Source: Octopus sinensis
Taxonomy: Eukaryota
Length of the DNA: 64,000 nt
NCBI RefSeq assembly: GCF_006345805.1
Contig: NC_043000.1
Coordinates: forward strand, 103,726,001 to 103,790,000
Direction: 5' to 3'
How positions within the stretch are numbered: the first letter of the stretch is position 1; the number at the start of each line of letters is the position of its first letter. A model generated the notes under the pieces. That model ran no database searches and had not been told where the DNA came from. It saw only the letters and a list, made by a program, of their open reading frames with translations. Shown piece after piece: positions 49,939-60,333 of this stretch. A program made the position numbers and the translations under genes.

Positions 49939-51631
49939 CTTAACTACAGTAACTTATTTAACAGGGAGTGATAAGCACTATATTTAAAATTATAACTGAC
50001 CATTCTCATATAATCAAATTATTCCAACAGTTTATATCTGGCTGACTGTATCTTATTACAAACATGTCATTCACAGACTTAGTGACTTAGAAATGATATC
50101 TGATAGTAGGTATGCCCCATACAGTTTTTATTTATTGAAACATACCATAAATTGTAGATAGCTTTCATTATCAACTTTGATAGTCATAAAATGTAGCCAG
50201 AAACTCTGCTTCTCTTGCCAGTGTTGTTGAAAATTATTCTCTCATATTAGTTCCAAATTTTGGCACAAGGCCAGCACATTCAGGGGAGGGGCAAGTCAAT
50301 TACATCGACCTCAGTGCTCAACTGGTACTTATTTTACTTTCATAGAAGCTACAGATAGAAAAACTTCTGATGACCCAAATAAACATCCAACTAGAACTGT
50401 TCAGAATTTTTAAACAAAATCTGAAATGACAATGAATTTCTTAGGAAAATAGTTTCAGGCGAAACAGATGAAAGAACAGGGACTAAACATATGTCTACTT
50501 TAATTTATTTAAAAATTCCACTATTCAACTTGACAATATTTTATCATCATCATCATCATCCAGTGTTTTAAATCCAGGTTTTGTCCCCATAAATGGGAGT
50601 GAGTGGATCTACCTCAATGCCATAGCAACCGCCCTCACACCAACTCACCATCTTGCCCGGTTTTGGGCAACCTCTGTTCTCAAGCCAACCCTCCCAATCT
50701 CCTCCTCCACCTGTCCCTCCACTTTTTCCTTGCCCTACCTTGCTTTTGCGGATCATTTACCTCAAACACCCTCCTCTGAACATGCTCCTCATCCCTCCTC
50801 AACACATGCCCATACCACTGCACTCCATTCACCCTAGCCAGCCATTCCACTGATTCCTCCAGCCCAGCATCCCCATCAAGTCCTCAAATAAAAAATAGCT
50901 GTTTTTGTACATCTGTTTCAGTCTCACTCTCTCTTAATTTGCTGCTCATGCTTTTAAGTGATAAAGACAAATCATGTTTTGCCAACTCACATATATCACA
51001 TCAACAGTTACAAAAACTGCCTTCATTTAAGAAAAATACATGTAATTATGTTAATATTTGTGGTAAAAAGAATCCCTGATTCATAGGCTGTTTTGAAGAG
51101 AAGGCTCAACATCAATTATTACCCAACCCACACACTATGGTTCTTCAGACTTTGAATGATATTCCCATTGAACTTGGTTTGAATTCCAATAGTCTCAGTT
51201 TTAAAGATCTACAATATTTATAAAAACAAATGGCATACTAGTATTAACTCATAGCACTCCATACTGAACTTCACAGTCTACTAGACAGTATTAATGTTAT
51301 AGAGAACAAAAATCTAGTTATAATGCCCCGCCACCACAATGAACAATAAGTTTCAAGGTGGGAGACGAGGAGGCAATTGAATGGTAGCAAGGAGGCAAGC
51401 TGGAAAATAAAAGTGAAAAGAAAAGGAAAGAAAGCAAATGAAGACAAGTTACAGTATGAAAGTTGACTCAGTGTTCCAGCAGTCAATTACGAAGCCTATT
51501 TTGCTTCTCGTGCATTAAAAATACACTTCCATTATATTCTTATTGGAGTGATTTCCCCTAAGTTATAGTTACCTCCCTTGTATTACCTTCGTTTTAGAAA
51601 ACAATCTAACCGGTATCTATATACATTAATC

Positions 51632-52175
51632 CAGTGATTCCCAAACGATTTTTGGCCATGCCCCATCGAATCATTTCTAAAATCCTGATGCCCCCTTGTG
51701 ATATTTAATTTTTGTTATTCAAAATTTGGTTAATGTTTACAATATTACCCGGAAACAAAATAAAAAAATAGTGCAACGGACGTAAAAAAATGTGTAGGAA
51801 ATGAGTATGAAAAATAAAAATGCGCGGAAATCAACAGCTGTGGGGAGGACTTCGAAAAATTCACAAGACCCGAGCTTTTCCCTCATAACTTTGAGGGAAA
51901 AAAAAAATTTTTTTAATGAAATTTTATATAAAAAATTTTAACCGGCATAGATTACGATTGTAAAGAAATTTGTGGGAAAATCTTTTCCAATGGGCGGGGA
52001 AAGGACTTAGCAAAATTCATAAGATCGAGTTTTTCGCCCATAACTTGGTAACAGTTTATCGTGGATAGCGGATATAAATCCAAATTTTAAATATTCCTCT
52101 GAATATTGACGAACTTCTTTTACTTGCACTACTGTATTTTTGAATCGGCATAACTACAGATTTCTGCGCCCCCGA
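51632..52175 (+). mobile_element. hAT-like non-autonomous element
   Basis: Starts CAGTGATTCCCAAA; first ~180 bp also present inverted at 47590-47770. Confidence 0.55.
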
Positions 52176-52458
52176 CTTTGGATGATTAATAACTTTCAGA
52201 AAAATGGATATTTTTAATGAAATTGTCTATGAATATGTGTAGATTCCGAATATACAAACTTTTGTGGGGAAAGTGTTTTAGGAGGGGTTGGGATGGGTAA
52301 TTTCGGAAATTTCACCGGTGTCCACTTCATTATGTCTTTCAAGAAAATGGATATTTTTAAATGAAATTCTCTACAAATATACCTCGGACTATGTAGATTC
52401 CAATGACATAAGAAGTTGGGGGGGAAACAACTGTGGGGCTATTTTTGAGAATTGTTCT

Positions 52459-52505
<47 letters not shown>

Positions 52506-52513
52506 ATGACTAG

Positions 52514-53102
52514 AGACCGAGACCTTTGAAAGTATGCTGTGCGTGGGAAGACCCGACGGGACAAGTGAGACCATAACCCGTGGCCTCTACCTGGGACGTA
52601 GTCAGCCCACTTATGCATACCTTTCTTTCTTGTGACACAAACCCTACTTGTGCAGAACTGTTGAGGCAAGTGAAAATCAAAAATCAAAATCGATCAACAT
52701 CAATGGAAATTGTAGCTGTGATACCAGTGCCGGTGGCACGTAAGAGAACCATCCGAACGTGGCCGTTGCCAGCGCCACTCCGACTGGCGTCCGTTCCGGT
52801 GGCACGTAAAAAGCACCATCCGATTGTGGCCGTTGCCAGCCTCGTCTGGCCCCGTGCCGGTGGCACGTAAAAAGCACCATCCGATTGTGACCGTTTGCCA
52901 GCCTCATCTGGCACCTGTGCCGGTGCACGTAAAAAGCACCCACTACACTCATGGAGTGGTTGGCGTTAGGAAGGGTATCCAGCTGTAGAAACACTGCCAG
53001 ATCAGATTGGACCTGGCGCAGCCTTCTGGCTTCCCAGACCCCAGTTGAACCGTCCAAGCATTGCTAGCATGGAAAACGGACGTTAAACGATGATGATGAT
53101 GA

Positions 53103-53105
<3 letters not shown>
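52514..53105 (+). mobile_element. Young RTE 3' end (ORF end, repeat-array UTR, (GAT)n tail)
   Basis: DRDLWKYAV-like end, four array units, CpGs intact, ggacgttaaacgatgatgat tail. Confidence 0.9.
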
Positions 53106-53155
<50 letters not shown>

Positions 53156-53163
53156 ATATATAT

Positions 53164-53233
<70 letters not shown>

Positions 53234-53706
53234 TCATATAGGGTAGCAAAAAATTCAGAAATTATTTGCCACCAGCGGTCCAGTGGGAAAAAAGAAAATA
53301 GTCAGAGACTATTAATAAATTCAACAGCAAAATTAAGGAACGGCCATAATAGGCCGTTCAACCCACTAGAAATAGCAGCCAAGGCTTCAACCGCAAAAGA
53401 GTATTAATTCCGTAAACCAGGAGAAAATTAAAAAAAAACATTTAACCTGTTATACTTTATACAATGCATCGTTTCATCTATTTTTTTATGGTAAATCAGC
53501 CTGATTAAATTAAATCAAGCTAATCTTCCATAAGCCAACAGATTCATCAGTAAAGTAGGCCAGACGGGAGAGATATTTTCACGAGGTAGCACCACTACTG
53601 CCTCGGCAATATCTAACCTAAAAATTTTTAAATCATCGTACTCGCGCCAAATTTATCGGCAGCAAATATAAGCTGCCGATTCCATTTCGGAATTAAACAG
53701 AAAATT

Positions 53707-54680
53707 CATACAGCTGGATGCCCTTCCTAACGCCAACCACTCCGAGAGTGTAGTGGGTGCTTCTACGTGCCACTGCACGAGGGCCAGTCAGGCGGTACTG
53801 GCAACGGCCACGCTCAAATAGTGCTTTTTACGTGCCACCTGCACAGATGCCAATTCAGCGGCACTTGCAACGACCTCGCTCGAATATTTTCACGTGCCAC
53901 CGGCACAAGTGACAGTAAGGCAACACTGGAAACGATCATGCTTGAATGGTGCTTTTTATGTGCCACCGGCACGAGAGCCAGTCAGCGGATGGTGCTCTTA
54001 GCGCTCCACTTGAACGAATGCCAGTCATGCGAAACTGTCATCGAATTTGATTTCGATTTCACTTGCCTCAATAGGTCTTCGTAAGCAGAGTTTAGTGTCC
54101 AATGAAGGAAAGGTACGCATAAGTGGGCTGGCTACACTACTGGCATAGGCCATGGGTTATGGTCTCACTTGGCTTGCCGGGTCTTATCAAGCACAGCATA
54201 TTTCCAAAGGTCTTGGTCACTAGTCATTGCCTCAGTGAGGCAACGTTCGAAGGTCGTGCTTCACCACCTCATCCCAGGTCTACCTCTTCCACAGGTTCCA
54301 TCAACCGCTAGAGTGTGACACTTTTTCACACAGCTATCCCCTTCCATTCTCACCACGTGACCATACCAGCGCAGTCGTCTCTCTTGCACACCACATCCGA
54401 TGCTTCTTAAATCCAACTTTTCTCTCAAGGTACTTACACGCTGTCGAGTATGCACACTGACATTACACATACAGCGGAGCATACTGGCTTTGTTCTTTGC
54501 AAGCTTACGCATGTCCTCAGCAGTCACAGCCCATGTTTCACTGCCATGTAGCATGGCTGTTCGCAGACATGCGTCATACAGTCTACATTTTACTCTGAGC
54601 GAGAGGCCCTTTGTCACCTGTAGAGGTGGGAGCTCTCTGAATTTTGCCCAGGCTATTCTTATTTTAGCAGCTACACGTAT
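53707..54680 (-). mobile_element. Young RTE 3' region
   Basis: ORF 54261-54692 AARIRIAWAKFREL...MLHGSETW...ERRLRWYGHV...GRGRP, then array UTR. Confidence 0.92.
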
Positions 54681-54703
54681 ATACATATACATATATACAT
54701 GTA

Positions 54704-55439
54704 CATATAAAGGATGTTTTCGGTTTGAACGGCAGTTTTTTTAAATAATTTCTATGTAACTAAAAAATTTTAAACTTCGTATATTGGTAGAATGGGTTTA
54801 TAAAACATCTTTTTCTCTTGGCTTTCTTGAGAAAATTTGTAAGATATTTGGTCTTTAATTTCTTGCATTTCGGTAATATCAACCAATCAATGACGTCTAT
54901 TGAGGTGAAAACGATTTCTGCCGTAACATTTTATGGCGGCGTCATATGAAAATGTCTCTGTTTTTTATAAGAAAAATGATACCCTGTGGCCATAAACTGA
55001 GGGGTCACTCGTAAGCAGAGCTGGATAACAAAACCGTTCCCTCTTTAGTGTCCACCCATAATTATGACCCTAGTATCGATCTATTGCATTTCAATCTGTT
55101 TTAGGGTTAGGGTTAGGGTTAAGGTTTTGGTTAGGGGTGGGGGGAAGGGTATCTTTTTTTTCTTCCGAAATGTAAATAAACTCAATCTGTTTCTTAAACG
55201 AGGGACATTTTCATATTTCACCACCAGAAAATTTTACGGCAGGTAATGTTTTCACCTCAATAGACGTCATTGATTGGTTGAAATTACCAAAATTGAAGAA
55301 AATATCTTACAAACTACAGAAAGCCAAGAGAAAAAGATATTTTATAAACACATTCTACTAGTATACGAAGTTTAAAAGTGTTTAGTTACATAGAATTTAT
55401 TTTAAAAAACTGCCGTTCAAATCGAAAAGATCGTATATG
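54704..55439. mobile_element. Fold-back MITE with ~230-bp TIRs and TTAGGG-like core
   Basis: 54704-54935 is the imperfect reverse complement of 55205-55439 (e.g. caaccaatcaatgacgtctattgaggtgaaaac / gttttcacctcaatagacgtcattgattggttg). Confidence 0.9.
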
Positions 55440-55459
55440 GGGATATATATATATATCAG

Positions 55460-55870
55460 CTAGAGGAGTTTAAAACCTCTAAGGAATAATTAAATCCAAA
55501 GGCGCTCCTGGTGATTACCTGAGTAGGAACAGTCCTTTGTAAAGTTGTACGGTAACAGGTAGTTCGGTAGGTAAATCGTAGTTTAGGTTATTTTCCTAAA
55601 AATTTACTCACAGAAAAACTTACAGAAATTAATACCGAGAGTCCTACCTATGGTCCACAATGGGGCAAATCTAAGTCTAGCAGTCTATACAATTGGTCAG
55701 TTACAATTTGAACCGAGGTCAGAAGTTAAGATGGTTACAAAGGATTTGTTTATAAAAATAAACAAGAAAAGGAAAAGAAGAAAAAAGTTACAGGGGAGAA
55801 GTCAATGAATAGGTAGTATGGGGCCGTTTATGTCTTGCAGCATCTTAACGTTATGACATGCATGAGGGAA
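55460..55870 (-). mobile_element. Possible L1/Tx1-like 3' tail remnant
   Basis: - strand ...KMLQDINGPIL followed by a T-rich UTR; weak recognition only. Confidence 0.35.
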
Positions 55871-55929
55871 GAGTGAAGGAATCCACGCGATAGTGGATAA
55901 GGGGAAGCAACTCGTACTGGTAATTCAGT

Positions 55930-56225
55930 ATATCAATGAAAGCTATTACAGAATATACATAAACTTCACCTTACGAAGGAATTGTACGATAAAGAAGACA
56001 CGGATGAATCAATCGTAAGAAACAAGAACAATTACAAGCCTATGTAAGGTAAGAATAAAGATTTAGATAAATTTTGTTATTTCTTATCTACCTTCTCTTA
56101 TAAAGAACTTCCACACCCTAAAATCAAGCCCAATACCAGTCGAAAGGAATGGGATATTATACATGAACGGAAAAACAATAACAACATTATAATTAAGGCA
56201 ACAGATAAGGGAAGTGGGCGATCTT
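55930..56225 (+). mobile_element. Penelope-like RT N-terminal fragment
   Basis: KLHLTKELYDKEDTDESIVRNKNNYKP and PNTSRKEWDIIHERKNNNNIIIKATDKGSG (xxDKG motif). Confidence 0.65.
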
Positions 56226-56356
56226 TCGTTACAAGAACACACGACTGCTAGTTACAAACCACGTGCGTTTATTTACATTTGTGAAGATGATCGTCGATTT
56301 CCGTAAAAAACGGTACTTATTACATATTTAGAAGTTATTTGATGAATTAATATAAA

Positions 56357-56383
56357 CTAGCTGGATCCGTGTAAAATTCACGG
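56357..56383 (-). mobile_element. Helitron 3' terminus signature
   Basis: - strand CCGTG-aatttta-CACGG hairpin, 6-nt spacer, CTAG|T. Confidence 0.6.
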
Positions 56384-56946
56384 AAAACAAAAAATGTAAG
56401 CATCTGTAAACAGTGTACTGGTGCCATCAGTAATATTTGTATATTATGATCGTCTGTCTTTACGTTCTGAGTTCAAGTTCGGATCTTTTCTATAGAAAGT
56501 AATGTAACACCAATGAAACTGGGGATATACAAGTTGGTGATGATGGATGCTACCAATAAGGTGAGGGTTGGCAATGAATTTAGGGTACAAGTAGGGGTTG
56601 TAGGAGGGGTTCACCAAAAGTGATCAACTGATATTTGCTTGTGTACTCCTAACTTTTCTAATTAAATTAGGTCAAGCAAGAACAATGGGATTCTACTTTT
56701 GCATCAGGTTTGAATATGCTCAATGCCTCATAGCATCCGTGTTATGAAGCAATGTCAAAGTAGACACTGAAGCATAATAGAGTGCTCTACCTCATTGAAT
56801 CCTTCCAAACCATCCAACTCATACTAAGATGGATGATGATATATGTGTGTATGAATATACACATATATAATGATGTCTATTGACATTCCATTGAATAAAC
56901 AATAAATGAACAATTAAGTGTGTGTGTGTGTAAATATTTACTTATA

Positions 56947-58209
56947 CTGAGGTGGTATCAAAAAGTTCCCAGACTTGTTCTGTAGCACACCAACAGATGG
57001 CAGCACATGGTTGTGTGTGTAGTGAGAGTTAGCAGTGACCTTCATGAGGTAGTGTGCTGAGAGTAACATCACTGTGTTTACTTCGCAAGTTGGGAAATTT
57101 GTTTTTGTGATCATGTGTATGCTGCAGTCTGTGATTTTGTCACAGACAAAAAGTTAGGAAAAAGAGCCACATGAAATTTTGTGCTAAACTTGGCAAGTCT
57201 GCTACAGAGACATTGGGCATGGTTCAGCAAGCTTATGGTGATAAGGCAATGGTTTGTACACAATGTTTCGAGTAGCTTGGGTGCTTCAAAAGCAGAAGAA
57301 TGTCCCTGGAAAACAATGAGTGATCTGGAAATGTGGAGAAAATTCATCAGTTTGTGCATAAGGATCATCGGAGGACAATCAATGACATTGTTGATGTTGC
57401 TGGTCTGTTGTATGGGTCTGTACATGCAATCCTAATGTCTGAATTGAACATGCAGCATGTCTCTGGTACGTTTGTCCCCCACCTGCTGACCACTGAGCAG
57501 GAAGAACATCGCACTGAAGTCTGTCAAGATCTCCATCAGCATGCTGTTGATGACTCACCCATCATGTTGGGGATCATTACTTGTGATGTGAGTTGGGTCT
57601 ATTGGTACCTTGAGACAAAGCAGCAATTGTCACAATGGAAGAAGCCTTGATCTCCGTAACTGAAGAAGGCACAACAGCTCAATCAAGAGCATGTTCATCA
57701 TTTTTTTTTTGACATCTACAATATTGTGCATCAAGAATTCATCCCCCAGGGTCAAACCATTTAATCAAGAGTTCTACAGCAACTTTTTGAAACATTTGAG
57801 GGAGGACACTTAGCAAAAGCAACCAGATCTGTGGAGCATGAAGAATTAGATACTTCACGACAACAATGCACCATCACCAAACTCTCCTCACTCGTGGGTT
57901 TCTTGCCAAAAACAACATGGTGTTGCTTCCATTCATATTCTACTCACCAGATTTAGCACATGCAAACTTCCATCTCTTCCCCAAGATGAAAAGGCAGCTC
58001 AAAGGTCATTCTTTTAATACAGTTGTTGAGATCCAGAGCAAATTGCAGAAGCTTCTCGACTTGCTTACAGAAAATGACTTCCAGACCACATTCTTAAAGT
58101 GTTTTGCTATGCAAGGTGACTATTTTGAAGGACATGATGTTAAAACTTAGGTAAATAAGTTATTTTTTATTAAACATAACTAGGCCAGGAACCTTGTGAT
58201 ACCACCTCA
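56947..58209 (+). mobile_element. Full-length degraded mariner (DD34D) element, ~1.26 kb
   Basis: ~28-bp TIRs (tgaggtggtatcaaaaagttccc / ggaaccttgtgataccacctca), TA flanks; KFCAKLGKSATET, FVPHLLT, ITCDVSWVY, LHDNNAP, YSPDLAH; many stops and frameshifts. Confidence 0.93.
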
Positions 58210-58219
58210 TATGGATATA

Positions 58220-58283
<64 letters not shown>

Positions 58284-58837
58284 CACATACCATTCACTTT
58301 TTGTTGCATGTATGGATCAAACGGAATTTGCTGGGGCAGATTTTCTAAAGCTGACAAGTTAATATTTCCCCATGGCCAAACATGTTCTTCAAGGACGACT
58401 GGAAACGAAGATTGCTTGTATGAGTGATGCTCATTTACAACCATCACGTGATGGCAAAAGAAACACACACACACACACACTTGTAATCTACAGGCGCTGA
58501 AAGGTATTTGTAGAAAATCTCATAAAAAAAAGTAAACATTTAAAAAAAGTTATGAGGGAACAAAGCCGACACGTATGAATTTCCGAAACTCCTCACCCTA
58601 CCCTCGTAAACAATTCCGATATAAACGAAACCAACACCATCAGAAGCGTATTTGTAGAAAAATTTCATTAAAAAATATTCATTTTTCTGGAAGTTATGAG
58701 GAAACAAATTCGAGCGGAGGCACACTTGTGTGGGTATGCCAAATAATAAACTTCTTCACCTTAAACTAGTTTCAAAAATAACACACACATACACACACAC
58801 AAGCGTGCGTGCATGCATACATACATACATACATTCA

Positions 58838-59150
58838 AGGCGCAGGAATAGCTGTGTGGTAAGTATCTTGTTTACCAACCACATGGTTCCGGGTTCAGTC
58901 CCACTGCGTGGCACCTTGGGCAAGTGTCTTCTACTATAGCCTCGTATATATGTATATATATGCGTGTGTGTGTTTGTGTGTCTGTGTTTGTCCCCCTAGC
59001 ATTGCTTGACAACCGATGCTGGTGTGTTTATGTCCCCGTTACTTAGCGGTTCGTCAAAAGATACTGATAGAATAAGTACTGGGCTTACAAAAGAATAAGT
59101 TCCAGGGCGGTGCTCCAGCATGGCCGCAGTCAAATGACTGAAATGAGTAA
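58838..59150 (+). mobile_element. Young Octopus-type SINE with internal deletion
   Basis: aggcgcagg...gctgtgtggtaag...ccgggttcagtcccactgcgtggcacc...; lacks the caaagccttgtgag...gaaagaagcc segment present in the 39403 copy. Confidence 0.88.
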
Positions 59151-60216
59151 AGAGTATGCATACATACATACGTTACAACAACGAAAGATTTATGACATGA
59201 AGTTAGCTATTACTAAGAGATTACTATTAACAAATAGAGTTGCTATGGTGACATATAAACTCACGTTTAGGCGTGGAACTTTTATTTTCATAACTATAAC
59301 GCATTGAGATGTATATTTCTCAATTCCTTTTCCCCTGTGTGTCGTAAATATAAGTATATATATATAATGTAACGATTATTAATAGATAAAATAAATCTTG
59401 ATGTAGCTATTTTTTGTATAATAAATGATACCACACGACGCAAATCAATTGTTGATATAGCGAAGAGAAAATTCTCTAAAAATGGGAATCAGTATTAAAA
59501 CGAAAAGGTTATGATTTCTCTTTTCATTCATGTAATTGCAAACCATTCATGTCTAATACATCGATAATTTTTTTTTTTTCTCTCTTTTCAGAATGTAAAA
59601 ATGTAAAATTCTGCAGCTGATTACTGTAGTAGCATAGCGGCTTTGCCAAAATTTGACTCTTTTTTGAAGAAATAAAATTACAAAGAATAAATTTATTAAT
59701 AACAATAGTGATTTCAATTACACGATGAGGATGCAAATCATAAATGGAAGAAACATATGGTATTCCAGAACATCAAACTAACCAGTTACGAAAAATTTGT
59801 TAGGGAAACGTCAAACCATTAAATTCTTTTGTCAATTGTCAAAAGCTGAAAAATGAAGCTTTTGGGGATATAATTCTACGTCTAGCGAGTATGAGCATGC
59901 ATGGATCCGCCAATAAAAGAGATATAGGAAACCCTATATTATTATAGGGTCCATGCATGGACCCTATAATAAAAGAGATATAGGAAATTTAAATTAGGCG
60001 CTGGTAAGTATTAAACAATCCCTCCCCTTTACGTATACATCATAAAGCTGGTATCTTGAAATATCAGCTACGTATAGTTATACTGAAAAAAACAAACCCA
60101 GATAACTCATACTCACTCACGCTGCAACATTTGTTTCGTTTCGGTATGTGTTCCAAGTAGCATTTTAGAAAAGCATCAACGTCAATGTTGGTGTTTGTGT
60201 GGTCTGACTTGAGCAG

Positions 60217-60333
60217 ATGAACAAGTACGTGAAAATTCGTCAAATTGGCCAGGGGTCATTCGGTAAAGTGTTCCTGGTTAGACATAAACAATCTTTTGTG
60301 AATTATGTTATCAAAGAAATCGTTATATCTGGA
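60217..60333 (+). CDS. First coding exon of a NIMA-related kinase (NEK1/NEK3/NEK5 subfamily); rest of gene beyond window
   Basis: ATG...GGA|GTAAGT; MNKYVKIRQIGQGSFGKVFLVRHKQSFVNYVIKEIVISG with GxGxFG loop and VIKEI (subdomain II Lys); 39 codons followed by a phase-0 intron, as recalled for vertebrate NEK1. Not in ORF track (<60 aa). Confidence 0.88.

Noticed and set aside
52727-52945. CRISPR-like repeat/spacer array
   Set aside because: Eukaryotic context, spacers homologous to each other, no cas genes, array embedded in RTE 3' UTR and dispersed in many copies
55101-55136. Telomere or interstitial telomeric fusion site
   Set aside because: Only three perfect TTAGGG units, located inside a MITE core
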